From assembly GCA_963775425.1 (NCBI GenBank), contig CAVZJB010000017.1, forward strand, positions 32,001-96,000: DNA of 64,000 bases. The letters run 5' to 3'. This stretch comes from an uncultured delta proteobacterium. Lineage in GTDB: Bacteria > Myxococcota > UBA727 > VGSZ01. Shown here piece after piece: positions 39,932 through 50,575 of this stretch (its first letter is position 1; each line of letters starts with the position of its first letter). The notes beneath the pieces are model-generated. The model was not told where the DNA came from, ran no database searches, and saw only the letters and a program-made list of their open reading frames with translations. The translations under genes and the position numbers were made by a program.

Positions 39932-41574
39932 AGGTCCTGTTCGTCGCCACCAAGAAGAACGAGGACCCCACGGAGCGCGAGCTGTACGAGCTCGACTTCC
40001 TCATCGACGTCCTCGGCTACAAGCGCTCGCTCGTCGACCTCGGCATCCTCACCGCCGCCGCCGCCACCCCCGCCGGCGTCGACGTCGAGATCATCGACGA
40101 GTACGTCGACGACATCCCGTGGGACACGGACGCCGACCTCGTCGCGCTCTCCGCCAAGACGTCGTGCGCGCCGCACGCCTACGCCGTCGCCGACGAATTC
40201 CGCCGGCGCGGCAAGAAGGTGGTGATGGGCGGCATCCACGCGTCCTTGAGGACCGACGAAGCGCTCGAGCACGTGGACTTCGTGGTGCGCGGCGAGGCCG
40301 ACGTCACCTGGCCGCGCTTCGTGCAGCTCTTCATCGAGGGCAAGGCGCCGCAGGTGATGCTCGAGGACGGCTTCCCGCCCATGGACATGATCCCGATCCC
40401 GCGCTGGGAGCGGGTGCCGCACAAGGACTTCATGTTCCACCAGTTGCAGACCACCCGCGGCTGTCCGTTCATGTGCCGCTTCTGCAGCGTGCCCGACATC
40501 TCGGGCAACGACTTCCGCTTCAAGCCCATCGAGAAGATCGTCGAGGAGATCGCCGCGTTCCCGAACCCGGGACCCATCAAGAAGATGTCCAAGTCGATGT
40601 ACGTCGTCGACGACAACTTCCTGTCGCGCGTCGGCTACACCAAGGAGCTGCTCAAGGCGCTGGTGCCGCTGCGGCGACAAAAGAAGGTGCCCGACTTCTC
40701 GTGCGAGACCACGTTCAACGTGGCGCTCGACGAGGAGCTCCTCGATCTGTTGCGCGACGCCGGCTGCACCACGCTCATCATCGGCTTCGAGTCCATCAGC
40801 GAGTCCACGCTCCTGTCCATGGACAAGAAGGTGAACTTCTGCCTGCCGTACGCCGAAGGGCTGGAGCGCATCCAGCGCCGCGGCATCGCGGTGATGGCCA
40901 ACTTCATCGTGGGCTTCGACACGGACACGCTCGGCGTATTCGAAGACACCCTCCGCTTCGTCGACGACAACCTCATCACCTATCCGTTCTTCTCCATCCT
41001 CACACCCATGCCGGGCACCAAGCTCCACGACGACTACAAGGCGGCCGGGCGGCTCGATCACACAGACTGGTCCCGCTACGACACGCGCCACGTCGTCATG
41101 GAGCCGAAGCACATGACGCGCGAGCAGCTCATGGACGGCTACTGCTATCTGTACCAGGAGGCGTACGCGTCGGACCGCGCCCTGGCTCGCCTCGAGAAGT
41201 CGTGGAAGACGCACCCGCACCACGTCTCCACCGCGGTCGAGAAGTGGTTCGTGTCCATGCGCATGACGATGTCGGGGAGCTGGCGCCGCGGCTCCGCCGA
41301 CTTCCAGTCGTACCTCCACCGGGCGTGGAGCGTCATGAAGCGCTCTGAGACGTCCGACGTCGGGCAGTTGCTCTACTACTTCGACTCCGCCCACTTCTCC
41401 GACGTCATCAAGCGCTACCGCAGCGCGCGGTGGGAGGAGAACGTCGCGCTGTTCAAGGACCCGCCCGCCGTCGACGTGGTCGAGAGCGTTCCGCAGAAGA
41501 ACGCCCCCGCCGAGCTCGTGCAGCTCGGCAAGAAGCAGTGGGAGTCCGCGCGCAGCAGGCGCCGCGTGGTGTGA
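39928..41574 (+). CDS. Cobalamin-dependent radical SAM protein 2
   Basis: MGGIHAS, RGEAD; TRGCPFMCRFC; VDDNF; IGFES; TPMPGT; ATGA overlap with the upstream gene. Confidence 0.9.
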   Translation: MKVLFVATKKNEDPTERELYELDFLIDVLGYKRSLVDLGILTAAAATPAGVDVEIIDEYVDDIPWDTDADLVALSAKTSCAPHAYAVADEFRRRGKKVVMGGIHASLRTDEALEHVDFVVRGEADVTWPRFVQLFIEGKAPQVMLEDGFPPMDMIPIPRWERVPHKDFMFHQLQTTRGCPFMCRFCSVPDISGNDFRFKPIEKIVEEIAAFPNPGPIKKMSKSMYVVDDNFLSRVGYTKELLKALVPLRRQKKVPDFSCETTFNVALDEELLDLLRDAGCTTLIIGFESISESTLLSMDKKVNFCLPYAEGLERIQRRGIAVMANFIVGFDTDTLGVFEDTLRFVDDNLITYPFFSILTPMPGTKLHDDYKAAGRLDHTDWSRYDTRHVVMEPKHMTREQLMDGYCYLYQEAYASDRALARLEKSWKTHPHHVSTAVEKWFVSMRMTMSGSWRRGSADFQSYLHRAWSVMKRSETSDVGQLLYYFDSAHFSDVIKRYRSARWEENVALFKDPPAVDVVESVPQKNAPAELVQLGKKQWESARSRRRVV

Positions 41575-41591
41575 CGCGCTAGGATGCACGC

Positions 41592-42242
41592 ATGCGATGC
41601 CCTCGCTGCCGCTCGGAGCTCACCCGCATTCGCGACGTCGACGCTTGTCTGCGCTGCGGCGGCGCCTTCCTCGCGGCCGCAGCGGTCGACACCGTGCGCC
41701 GCGCCGTGGACGACGATGCCCACGCCACCGTCGAGATCGTCGAGCAGCAGGGCGGCCGGCGCAGCGTGAACACCGCCGGCGCGGCGCCGTGCCCCGGGTG
41801 CGGTGAGGCGATGCAGCGCTTCCGCGTGGGGCCCGTCGAGGTGGACACCTGCCTCGCGCACGGCTCGTGGTACGACCGCGGCGAGCTCCTCGCGGTGCGC
41901 GACGCGCTGCTCGCCGGTCTGCCGAGCGAAGAGATCGACGTCGACGCGCCCCCTGCGCAGGCGCCCGCGGCGGCGGCGGCTCGCACGTCGTCGGGCCTCG
42001 AGCTCGATCATGCGCAGCTCGAGCACGCCAAGCGCGCGCCTCCGCCGAGCCCGCGCGCCGGCGGCATCGATCCCGGCGCGCAGGCGGCCATCGCGAAGCT
42101 GCAGGCCCACGAGGCCACGGAGCGCGAGCGCGAGCGCTGGCGGCACCGGCGCCGCTGGGGCTTCGGGCGCCGGCGGATCGGTGACGATCCCCTGCGCGAC
42201 GCGGTCGACGTCGTCGACGACGTGCTCAGCGTGCTCTTTTGA
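41592..42242 (+). CDS. Double zf-TFIIB-type zinc-ribbon protein
   Basis: CPRC..CLRCGG and CPGC..DTCLAHGSWYDRGEL. Confidence 0.8.
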   Translation: MRCPRCRSELTRIRDVDACLRCGGAFLAAAAVDTVRRAVDDDAHATVEIVEQQGGRRSVNTAGAAPCPGCGEAMQRFRVGPVEVDTCLAHGSWYDRGELLAVRDALLAGLPSEEIDVDAPPAQAPAAAAARTSSGLELDHAQLEHAKRAPPPSPRAGGIDPGAQAAIAKLQAHEATERERERWRHRRRWGFGRRRIGDDPLRDAVDVVDDVLSVLF

Positions 42243-42305
42243 CGTTCGGGCCGGCGCTGTGACGCGCACGAAGAGGCCGGCGCGCGGCGCTGCTATCCTG
42301 CCGCC

Positions 42306-43001
42306 GTGGAGCTTTGCGAGTACGTCCCGGGTGCGATCTGGCTCATGCCCTATCCGATCTCGTTGGCCGGCACGCGCTTCGAGGCGCGCATGGCGATCGT
42401 GCGGCTCAGCGACGGCGCGCTCGTCGTCCACTCACCGGGTCCGCTCGACGACGCCGTTCGCGAGCAGATCCTCGGGCTCGGTCGCGTCGCCGTGATCGTG
42501 GCTCCGGGCACCCTCCACCACCTCCATCTGGCGGCGTGCCAGCGCGCGTTCCCGAACGCGGAGACGTGGATCTGCCCCGGCGTCGAGCGCAAGCAGCCGG
42601 CGCTTCACTTCGACGGCGTCCTCGGCGAGCAACTGCCACCGTCGATGAGCGCCGACTTCGAGCAGGCGCTGGTGCGCGGCCGGGCGATCGCGGAGGTGGC
42701 GCTGCTGCACCGGTCGAGCGGCACGCTCCTGCTGGTCGATCTCCTCGAGCGATTCGGCGACCACACGCCCAACCTCAACTGGATGCTGCGCGCCCTCTGG
42801 AAGCTCCTCGGCACCTGGAACCGGCCCACGGTGGCGCCCGAGTACCGCTTCGGCGGCTTTTCGGATCGGGCGGCTGCGCGCGCCGCGCTCGAGCGCATCC
42901 TCGGGTGGGACTTCGAGCGGGTGCTGATCGCACACGGCGACCTCGTCGAGCGCGATGCCAAGGACGTGCTCCGGCGAGCATGGCGCGCGACGCTCGCTTG
43001 A
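42306..43001 (+). CDS. DUF4336-like protein
   Basis: RMAIVRLSDGALVVHSP, APGTLHHL, GTLLLVD, WDFERVLIAHG. Confidence 0.8.
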   Translation: MELCEYVPGAIWLMPYPISLAGTRFEARMAIVRLSDGALVVHSPGPLDDAVREQILGLGRVAVIVAPGTLHHLHLAACQRAFPNAETWICPGVERKQPALHFDGVLGEQLPPSMSADFEQALVRGRAIAEVALLHRSSGTLLLVDLLERFGDHTPNLNWMLRALWKLLGTWNRPTVAPEYRFGGFSDRAAARAALERILGWDFERVLIAHGDLVERDAKDVLRRAWRATLA

Positions 43002-43028
43002 TGGAGCTCGCGGGCCGGAGGGTCGCGC

Positions 43029-44036
43029 TCATGGAGCGGACGCTCGCTCCTCGTTCGGGCGCGCGTGCGCGAGGAACGCGAGACGATCGATGTGCGCGTC
43101 CATGGCGGCGGCGTCGCCGGTGCGCGCGACGTCGTCGAGGCCGCGGTACAGCTCGAGCACGAACGCGGCGACGTCGAACGCGCCGGTGTCATCGAAGCCC
43201 TCCCAGTCGAGGTGGTCGGCGGGGACGCAGCCGAGGAACGTCGCGTAGCGCATCGACCTCGTCGGGACGACGCCGTCGTGGGAGACGTCGCCCCAGGACG
43301 CGCGGATCATCGCGGCCCCGAACACGAGCAGCGGGTGCATCTCGTCGGTGACGGTGGGCGCGCTCCAGCGGCCGCCGGAGCAACTGCCGTCGACGTCCCG
43401 CCCGGTGACGCCGGCGACGGAGAAGAACGGCACCTGCGCGGGCGGCGGCGGGTGCGTCGCCGCGAAGCGCGCCATCCCGCGGCGCGACAGGTTCTCGAGC
43501 GCGCCGTCGGGGTCGGGCGCGGTGGCGTCGTCTCCTTGCGCGAGCTGCCACGTCACCCCGAGGGTATCGAGCGTGGCGCGCACGGCGGGCATGGGCCACG
43601 TGAGCGCGGTGTCCGCCACGCCCGTCCCCTGGTGCGGCGCGGCGATGGTGGCGACCACGGCGATGCGATCCGCGCCTCCCTGCGCGAGCGCCGCCCGGAC
43701 GTCGACCCCGCCTTGCGAGTGGCTGATGACCACGACCGTGCGCGCGCCCGTCCGCGCGCGCACCGCGTCGATCTGGCGGAGCAGATCGCGGCCGCGCGCG
43801 TCGCTGTCCGCCACCGGCGCGGGCGCGAGCTCCGTGACGTCGACGCCGGCGCCGGCGAGCGCCTCGACGATGGAGGCGGCGAAGTAGTGCTGGAGCACGC
43901 CGCTGTGCCGCTGCCCGAGGAACCCGGGCACGAGGACGAGCGGCGTGTGCGCTTCGGCGGCCGAGGCCGCGCCGCACACGAGCGCGCACGCGTGGAACAC
44001 GAGGAGCACACCAGCCACCGGGGAGCGCGAGGTCAT
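43029..44036 (-). CDS. Secreted lipase/esterase (alpha/beta hydrolase), paralog A
   Basis: VLVPGF, SHSQGG, PHQGT, HDGVVP, ADHLD. Confidence 0.88.
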   Translation of the reverse strand: MTSRSPVAGVLLVFHACALVCGAASAAEAHTPLVLVPGFLGQRHSGVLQHYFAASIVEALAGAGVDVTELAPAPVADSDARGRDLLRQIDAVRARTGARTVVVISHSQGGVDVRAALAQGGADRIAVVATIAAPHQGTGVADTALTWPMPAVRATLDTLGVTWQLAQGDDATAPDPDGALENLSRRGMARFAATHPPPPAQVPFFSVAGVTGRDVDGSCSGGRWSAPTVTDEMHPLLVFGAAMIRASWGDVSHDGVVPTRSMRYATFLGCVPADHLDWEGFDDTGAFDVAAFVLELYRGLDDVARTGDAAAMDAHIDRLAFLAHARPNEERASAP

Positions 44037-44118
44037 GCCCGGCGCGTGGCAAGCGCCGCGCCAGGCGCCCGGTGACCGCGTTCACACAGCGGAGGCGCTC
44101 GTGCCCCGTATCCCTCCC

Positions 44119-44394
44119 ATGAACATCAGGGCCCACGGACCGCGCCTCGCCGACGACGACACGAGCTCCGGGGCGGCGCCGGGCCCGGGCCGCGCCCGCG
44201 TGGTGTTTCGCGGCGGAAACATCGCCAAGATCGACGGGGCGGCCGTCCGCGCCGATCAGCGACCGGAGGGAGCGGCCGCGCCTGATCAGCGACCGGAGGG
44301 AGCGGCCGCGCCTGATCAGCGCGCCTTCCAGGATCCCATGGGCGAGGTCACCACGCCGCTCACCGTCCCCGCCGGGCCCGCGTCCGCCCCCTGA
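44119..44394 (+). CDS. Possible small ORF containing a 30-bp repeat
   Basis: Open frame in the gap between the lipases; overlaps the run-on tail of paralog B; no clear RBS. Confidence 0.35.
   Translation: MNIRAHGPRLADDDTSSGAAPGPGRARVVFRGGNIAKIDGAAVRADQRPEGAAAPDQRPEGAAAPDQRAFQDPMGEVTTPLTVPAGPASAP
44254..44321. repeat. 30-bp tandem repeat, about 2.3 copies
   Basis: GATCAGCGACCGGAGGGAGCGGCCGCGCCT x2 plus GATCAGCG. Confidence 0.9.
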
Positions 44395-45428
44395 GCGAGC
44401 CGCCGCTGTTCGCGTCGCGCCGCGCCGCCGGCGGGCCTTCGCTCGACGGGGACGGCGTGGGCGAGGCGCGCGAGCGCGGGGACGTGGGCGTCCATCGCGC
44501 CCGCGTCGCCCTGCTCCTCGACGTCGCGCATGCCGCGCCACAGCTCGACGAGGAACCCGAGATCGTCAAAGCGCACGGAGTCGCCGGCGTCGCTGTCGCC
44601 GAGCGACCAGCCCATCCAGTCGACGTGGTCGCCGGGGACGCACCCGAGGAAGGTGCCGAAGCGCATGCTGTTGGTGGGGACGACGCCGTCGTCGCTCTCC
44701 TCGCCGCCCCTGGCGCGGATGAGGAGGTGGGCCGGGAGGAAGAGCGGGTGCAGCGAGTCGACGCCCGCCGGCTCGCCCCACTTGCCGCCGTGCACGCATG
44801 CGCCGTCGACGTCGCCGCCGCTCACCGACGCCACGGAGAAGAACGGGACGCCGCCGGTGCCCGGGTACCTCTCGTTGAAGCGCGCGCTCCCCGCACGCGA
44901 GAGATCCGCGAGCGCCCCCGCGACGTCCGCGGCGCGATGGCGCTGGTGCTGCTCGTACTCCCACGTGGCCTGCACGCGGGCGAGCGCGGCCTCGACGAGG
45001 ACGCGGGGCATCCAGGCGGCGGCGGCGTCGGCGAGGTCCGTGCCGTGGTGCGGCGTGGCGAGCGTGACGACGACGGCGACCTTGTCCGCCCACCCGGAGG
45101 CGAGCGCCACGCGGACGTCGAGGCCACCCTGCGAGTGCGCGATGATCGCGACCTTGTCCGCGTGCGTGCGCAGGAGCACGTCGTCGATGGCGCGCCCGAC
45201 GGCGGCGCCGCGCGCTTCGCTCGACGCGATGGGCGGCGGCGCCATGGCATAGACGTCGGCGCCCGCGTCCTCGAGCGCCTCGCGCAAGCCCTGGAAGTAC
45301 GGGCCCACGGTCTCGATGTCGCGCCACCCCATGAAGCCCGGCACGAGCAGCACCGGCGACGCCGCGCGCGCCGGCGCCGGCGCGAGCGCGGCGACGACGA
45401 CGAGCACGACGAGAGTGACGCGCGCCAT
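44316..45428 (-). CDS. Secreted lipase/esterase (alpha/beta hydrolase), paralog B
   Basis: [31 protein letters not shown]. Confidence 0.88.
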   Translation of the reverse strand: MARVTLVVLVVVAALAPAPARAASPVLLVPGFMGWRDIETVGPYFQGLREALEDAGADVYAMAPPPIASSEARGAAVGRAIDDVLLRTHADKVAIIAHSQGGLDVRVALASGWADKVAVVVTLATPHHGTDLADAAAAWMPRVLVEAALARVQATWEYEQHQRHRAADVAGALADLSRAGSARFNERYPGTGGVPFFSVASVSGGDVDGACVHGGKWGEPAGVDSLHPLFLPAHLLIRARGGEESDDGVVPTNSMRFGTFLGCVPGDHVDWMGWSLGDSDAGDSVRFDDLGFLVELWRGMRDVEEQGDAGAMDAHVPALARLAHAVPVERRPAGGAARREQRRLAQGADAGPAGTVSGVVTSPMGSWKAR

Positions 45429-45493
45429 CCCCGCATCGTAGTCGGCCGCGCGCGCGGGCGGGGGACCCGCGCGCCCCCGCCCGGCCGCGCGGA

Positions 45494-47161
45494 TCACCCG
45501 ATGTCGAGGAGCGTCGGCTCGTACCCCTCGGGCGCCTGGAAGCCGAGCAGGTTGAGCACGGTGGCGGCGACGTTGGCGAGGCCGGGGACGGCGAGGTCCT
45601 TGCGCAGGCGCACCGACGGCAACAGCCCGGGGCCCGCCAGGGCGAACGGCACCGGGGCCAGCGTGTGCGACGTGCGCGGCAGGACGTTCCCCTGGCCGTC
45701 GCGCAGGGGGACGCCCAGCTTGTCGCGCAGCGCCATGTCGTCGGCGTTTCCGTGGTCGGCCGTGACGGCGATGACGCCGCCGGTCTCGCGGGTGGCGTCG
45801 ATCAACCTGCCGAGCGCGGCGTCCACGGCCTCGACCGCCTTGATGGTGGCCGCGAGCATGCCGGTGTGCCCCACCATGTCGCCGTTGGCGAAGTTCACGC
45901 GCAGCAGGTCGAACTTGCCGCTCTTCATCGCGGCGATCGTGGCGTCGGCGATCTCCGGCGCCTTCATCGCGGGCCTGTCCTCGAAGGGTGGCGCGTTCGA
46001 GGGGATCTCCCGGTACGTCTCGAGCGCGTCGTCGAAGCGTCCGGAGCGGTTGCCGTTCCAGAAGTACGTGACGTGCCCGAACTTCTGCGTCTCACTGCAC
46101 GCGAAGGTGCGCACCTTCATGTGCGCCAGGTACTCGCCGCTCGTGCCCTCGATGACCGGCGGCTCCACCAGGTACGTCTTCGGGATGTGGAGGTCGCCGT
46201 CGTACTCCATCATCCCGGCGTAGACGACCTTGGGACGGCGCACGCGATCGAACGGCTTGAAGTCGTCCTCCTCGAACGCGCGCGAGATCTCGATGGCGCG
46301 GTCGCCGCGGAAGTTGACGAACAGCACGCCGTCGCCGTCGACGATGCGGCCCACCGGCTCGCCGCCGTCGGCGACCACGAACGCCGGCAGGTTCTGATCG
46401 GAGATGCCGGGCTTGTCCTTGCGGAACGCATCGATTGCCGCGCGCGCCGACGGGAACGTCCTCGCGTCGCCGAGCACGTGCGCCTTCCAGCCGCGCTCGA
46501 CGATGGACCAATCGCTCTCGTAGCGATCCATCGTGACCAGCATGCGGCCGCCGCCGGAGGCGATGCGCGCGTCGACCGGAGCGCCGTCGGGCCCCCGGAG
46601 CTTCGCGAGGTGCGCCTCGAGCTCCTCGACGTACTTGTGCGCGCTCCCGTCGGGGACGTCGCGGCCGTCGAGGAGCACATGAAAGCGCAGGCGCTTGGCG
46701 CCGCGGGCGACGGCGCCGTCGACGACGCCGAGGATCTGGTCGAGGCGCGAGTGCACGCCGCCGTCGGACAGCAGCCCGATGAAGTGGAGCGTGCCGCCGG
46801 CGGCGAAAGCGCCCTGCAGCTTCTTGAACCCCTTGCCCTCGAACAGCGCGCCGGTCTCAAGGGCGGTGTCGACGAGGCTCGCGCCCTGCAGCACGATGCG
46901 GCCGCTGCCGAGGGCGTTGTGCCCGACCTCGCTGTTGCCCATGTCGTCGTCGGTGGGCAGGCCCACCGCGGTGCCGTGCGCCTTGAGCTTCATGGAGCGC
47001 GCGCCGTCCTGCAGGAGCGCGTCGAGGTGCGGGGTCTTGGCCTGCGCCACCGCGTCGAACGCGTCGCCGCTGCCGATCCCGACGCCGTCCATGACGACGA
47101 TGAGCACGGGGCCCTGCGGCTTCTTCAGGCGGGGGTGCGGCGCGAGCGTCAAGTCGGTCAT
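45494..47161 (-). CDS. gpmI: 2,3-bisphosphoglycerate-independent phosphoglycerate mutase
   Basis: [49 protein letters not shown]. Confidence 0.96.
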   Translation of the reverse strand: MTDLTLAPHPRLKKPQGPVLIVVMDGVGIGSGDAFDAVAQAKTPHLDALLQDGARSMKLKAHGTAVGLPTDDDMGNSEVGHNALGSGRIVLQGASLVDTALETGALFEGKGFKKLQGAFAAGGTLHFIGLLSDGGVHSRLDQILGVVDGAVARGAKRLRFHVLLDGRDVPDGSAHKYVEELEAHLAKLRGPDGAPVDARIASGGGRMLVTMDRYESDWSIVERGWKAHVLGDARTFPSARAAIDAFRKDKPGISDQNLPAFVVADGGEPVGRIVDGDGVLFVNFRGDRAIEISRAFEEDDFKPFDRVRRPKVVYAGMMEYDGDLHIPKTYLVEPPVIEGTSGEYLAHMKVRTFACSETQKFGHVTYFWNGNRSGRFDDALETYREIPSNAPPFEDRPAMKAPEIADATIAAMKSGKFDLLRVNFANGDMVGHTGMLAATIKAVEAVDAALGRLIDATRETGGVIAVTADHGNADDMALRDKLGVPLRDGQGNVLPRTSHTLAPVPFALAGPGLLPSVRLRKDLAVPGLANVAATVLNLLGFQAPEGYEPTLLDIG

Positions 47162-47230
47162 CGGTGTCCTCGTCTCGTTCTTGCGGGCGGCAGCCTACAC
47201 GGGGGTGGCCGGGCTTGCATCGGCCGCCGC

Positions 47231-47258
47231 TTGACATACCCCCGGGGGGTATTATGTT
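47231..47258 (+). promoter_or_regulatory. Sigma-70 promoter with overlapping CsoR operator
   Basis: TTGACA-N16-TATGTT; ATACCCCCGGGGGGTAT (47236-47252) is the G/C-tract dyad typical of CsoR/RcnR; csoR is in the operon. Confidence 0.85.
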
Positions 47259-47264
47259 GTCTCC

Positions 47265-47495
47265 ATGGACACACCATTCAACCTCGCGGTGGACGGCATG
47301 CACTGCGGCGCCTGCGTGCGCCGCGTGAAGCAGGCGCTCGAGAAGGTCGACGGCGTCACCCTCGAGGACGTCGCCGTCGGCAGCGCCCGCGGGACGTTCG
47401 ACCCCGTCGCCACCGATGCCGGCGCCCTCTGCGACGCCGTGAAGGCCGCCGGATACGAGGCGCGGCCGCTGCCGCCGGGGGGCGGCGCGCCGTGA
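47265..47495 (+). CDS. copZ: Copper chaperone (HMA domain)
   Basis: GMHCGAC; VKAAGY. Confidence 0.9.
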   Translation: MDTPFNLAVDGMHCGACVRRVKQALEKVDGVTLEDVAVGSARGTFDPVATDAGALCDAVKAAGYEARPLPPGGGAP

Positions 47496-49783
47496 ACGCT
47501 CCCGCTGGTGCCGCCCCCGTCGTCCCCGTGCCCGACGCCGCCCGGCTCCCCGTCGTCACGCTGCCGGTCGGCGGCATGACGTGCGCGGCCTGTCAGGCCC
47601 ACGTGGAGCACGCGCTCAAGGACATCCCCGGTGTGCGCGAGGCCAGCGCCAACCTGATCACGCGCACCGCCACCGTCGTCTACGACGACGCGCGCGCGTC
47701 GCTGCCGTCGCTGGTCGAGGCCGTGCGCAAGTCCGGCTACGAGGCCGACCTTCCGCGGGACCGCGCCGCCCTCCTCGAGACCCAGCGCGACGACGACCGC
47801 GCGCAGGCGCGCGAGGCGCGCTCGCTGCTCGTCCGCGCGGGGATCCTCCTCGCCGGCATGCTCGCGGTCATGGTGCTGATGCACTTCGTGCCCCGCGACG
47901 CGCTCTTCGGCGGCGCCCCCGCCGGCCTGGCGCTCCTCGCCGGCACCGTCGTCGTCGCCGGCGTCTGCGCGCACACCATCTTCTTCCGGGCGATCGCCGC
48001 GGCGCGCCGCGGGCAGACCCAGATGGACACGCTGGTCGCCCTCGGCGCCGGCGTCGCGCTCGTGGCGTCGGCCGCCGCCGTCTTGTCGCCGCGCGGCGAG
48101 GGCGACATGTACTTCCAGGGCGTGCTCGGCATCCTGGGCTTCGTCCTCCTCGGGAACGCCCTCGAGGCGCGCGCGCGACGGCGCACCACGCGCGCCCTCG
48201 TGGCGCTCGCGTCTCTCGAGGAGAAGCGCGCCCGCGTCGAGACCGACGACGGAGAGGTGCGCGACCTCGACGTCGACGAGCTCCGCCGCGGCGACGTCCT
48301 GCTCATCCGGCCCGGCGAGCGCGTACCGGCCGACGCCGAGGTGGTGGAGGGCACGAGCGACGTGGACGAGTCGATGCTCACGGGCGAGCCGATGCCCGTC
48401 GCCAAGAAGAAGGGTGACCGCGTCGTCGGCGGTACGCTCAACGCCGCGGGTGTCTTGAAGGCGCGCGTCACCGCCCTCGGCGACGACAGCGTGCTCGCGC
48501 AGATGGTCCGGCTCATGCGCGACGCGCAGGGGCGCCGCGCGCCCATCCAGCACCTCGCCGATCGCGTGAGCGCCGTGTTCGTTCCCGTCGTCATCGGCCT
48601 CTCGGCGCTCACGTTCGTCGGCTGGTGGCTCGCGGACGGCGACATCGTCCACGCCGTGCGCACCGCCGTCGCCGTGCTCGTGGTCGCGTGTCCCTGCGCC
48701 ATGGGCCTCGCGGTCCCCACCGCCGTCATGGTCGCGACGGGCAAAGCCGCCGCGCTCGGCATCGTCGTCAAGGGCGGCGACGCCCTGCAGCGCGCGGCCG
48801 CCGTCGACACCGTCGTGGTCGACAAGACCGGCACGCTGACCGTGGGAAAGCCGCGCGTGGTCGACGTCCTCGCCGCCGCCGGCGGGGACGGCGCCGCGGA
48901 CCGGGTGCTCGCGCTGGCGGCGGCGCTCGAGCGCGGCTCCGAGCACCCCCTCGCGCGCGCCGTCGTCGACGCCGCCAAGGCGCGCAAGCTCTCCGTGCCG
49001 CGCGCGCGCGACGTCGTGGTCACGCCCGGCGAAGGCGTCGCCGGCGTCGTCGACGGCAAGGCGTGTCGCGTCGGCCCCGCGCCCGTCGGGGACGGCGGGC
49101 GCGCCGGCGCCGGCGCCCCCCGCGCAGACGACGGGCTCGAGGCGCGGGCGGATCGGTTGCGCGACGAGGGCGCCACCGCGATCGCCGTCATCGAAGACGG
49201 CGCCGTCGCCGGCATCATCGGCATCGCCGACGAGGCCCGGCCGAGCGCGGCGCCCGCGGTCGCCGCGCTCCTTGCGCGAGGGCTGCGCGTCGTCATGTGC
49301 ACCGGGGACCACCGCAGGACCGCCGCTCACATCGCGAGCGGCCTCGGCATCGACGACGTGCGCGCCGGGATCTTGCCCGCCGGGAAGGTCGACGTCGTGC
49401 GCGCGCTGCAGGCCGAGGGCCGCGTCGTCGCCATGGTGGGCGACGGCATCAACGACGCCGCCGCGCTCGCGCAGGCCGACGTCGGCGTCGCGCTCGCCGG
49501 CGGCACCGACATCGCCGTCGAGGCCGCGGACATCTCGCTGGTGCGCCCCGACCTGCTCGCCGTCCCCGCGGCGCTCGCCATCGCGCGCGCCGCGCTGGCG
49601 ACGATGAAGCGCAACCTGTTTTGGGCCCTGGCCTACAACCTCGTCATGCTGCCGGTGGCCGCGGGCGCGCTCACGCCGCTCGGCGTGTCGTTCACGCCGG
49701 TGATGGCGAGCCTGGCGATGTCGCTCAGCTCGGTGAGCGTGGTGCTCTCGAGCCTCCTGTTTCGCCCGTCGAGGACACCGTGA
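47492..49783 (+). CDS. copA: Cu(+)-translocating P1B-type ATPase
   Basis: GMTCAAC, TGE, CPC, DKTGT, SEHP, GDGIND, YN, MSLSS. Confidence 0.95.
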   Translation: MNAPAGAAPVVPVPDAARLPVVTLPVGGMTCAACQAHVEHALKDIPGVREASANLITRTATVVYDDARASLPSLVEAVRKSGYEADLPRDRAALLETQRDDDRAQAREARSLLVRAGILLAGMLAVMVLMHFVPRDALFGGAPAGLALLAGTVVVAGVCAHTIFFRAIAAARRGQTQMDTLVALGAGVALVASAAAVLSPRGEGDMYFQGVLGILGFVLLGNALEARARRRTTRALVALASLEEKRARVETDDGEVRDLDVDELRRGDVLLIRPGERVPADAEVVEGTSDVDESMLTGEPMPVAKKKGDRVVGGTLNAAGVLKARVTALGDDSVLAQMVRLMRDAQGRRAPIQHLADRVSAVFVPVVIGLSALTFVGWWLADGDIVHAVRTAVAVLVVACPCAMGLAVPTAVMVATGKAAALGIVVKGGDALQRAAAVDTVVVDKTGTLTVGKPRVVDVLAAAGGDGAADRVLALAAALERGSEHPLARAVVDAAKARKLSVPRARDVVVTPGEGVAGVVDGKACRVGPAPVGDGGRAGAGAPRADDGLEARADRLRDEGATAIAVIEDGAVAGIIGIADEARPSAAPAVAALLARGLRVVMCTGDHRRTAAHIASGLGIDDVRAGILPAGKVDVVRALQAEGRVVAMVGDGINDAAALAQADVGVALAGGTDIAVEAADISLVRPDLLAVPAALAIARAALATMKRNLFWALAYNLVMLPVAAGALTPLGVSFTPVMASLAMSLSSVSVVLSSLLFRPSRTP

Positions 49784-50112
49784 AGGCGCGCCGGGCCAAG
49801 GCGCCCGACACCGACGGCAAGCCGCGGAAGGCGCACGGCGTCGACGACGACATCAAGCGGCGGAACCTCCTGCGCCTCAAGCGCATCGAGGGCCAGGTGC
49901 GCGGCATCCAGAAGATGGTCGACGACGATCGCTACTGCGTCGATATCCTCGCGCAGATCGACGCCGTGGATCAGGCGCTGCGCGGGGTCTCTCGCGAGCT
50001 GGTGAAGAACCACCTGCGTCACTGCGCGACCCACGCCCTGCAGGGCCCCGACGCCGAGCGCGACGCCTTCATCGAGGAGCTCGTCAGCGCGCTGGTGCGC
50101 CACCGCCCCTGA
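49780..50112 (+). CDS. csoR: Copper-sensing repressor CsoR
   Basis: [22 protein letters not shown]...HLRHC. Confidence 0.92.
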   Translation: MKARRAKAPDTDGKPRKAHGVDDDIKRRNLLRLKRIEGQVRGIQKMVDDDRYCVDILAQIDAVDQALRGVSRELVKNHLRHCATHALQGPDAERDAFIEELVSALVRHRP

Positions 50113-50203
50113 CACGCCGGATCTGTCGCGTTCTGGTGCGGTGTGCGCCGGGTCTCGGGCCGGATCCGATCCCCGGCCGAGCGTCCTGCTAGGGTGCGGG
50201 TCC

Positions 50204-50554
50204 ATGAGCCGGCAAGCGAAGATGTTCCTCGCCATGCTGACCGACGGCGCCGAGGGCCACGGCCCCCGCGCACCCGACGGCACCCCCACGGGCGCCTGGG
50301 TGTTCGTCGCTGACGGGCGCGTGCGCGCGGAAGGCGTGTTCGTCGACGGCGCGCCCGACGGCGTCTGGCGCGTCTGGGACGCCCGGGGCTTCCTGCGCTC
50401 CGAGTCCTACTGGGACGCCGGCATGCCCTGCGGCCGTTGGGTCACCTGGGACGCCGAAGGCCAGCTCGAGCGCGTCGACATCAAGGGCGCGCACCCGCGC
50501 GGCTCCCTGGTCATGCTCGCCCCCCGCCAGCCCCACGACACCCTGCCCGTCTGA
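50204..50554 (+). CDS. Small MORN-variant repeat protein
   Basis: Repeats G.W....G (GAWVF, GVWRVWD, GRWVTWD). Confidence 0.7.
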   Translation: MSRQAKMFLAMLTDGAEGHGPRAPDGTPTGAWVFVADGRVRAEGVFVDGAPDGVWRVWDARGFLRSESYWDAGMPCGRWVTWDAEGQLERVDIKGAHPRGSLVMLAPRQPHDTLPV

Positions 50555-50575
50555 CCGCTCCGGTCGCTTCACCCT

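Noticed and set aside
36626-41600. RiPP interpretation of the radical SAM/HDO operon
   Set aside because: No short precursor ORF, RRE, SPASM motif or peptidase/transporter seen nearby; cannot be fully excluded.
44254-44321. Possible mini-CRISPR
   Set aside because: Units are head-to-tail with no spacers.
45665-47491. Apparent 1372-aa giant CopA, and similar long N-terminal extensions on ORFs 53892-58664, 53931-58628, 26613-29780 and 35702-38248
   Set aside because: The extensions are antisense read-through of neighbouring genes; real starts with RBS or coupling lie downstream.
47231-50112. copZ-copA-csoR as a novelty
   Set aside because: Canonical, well-described copper resistance module.
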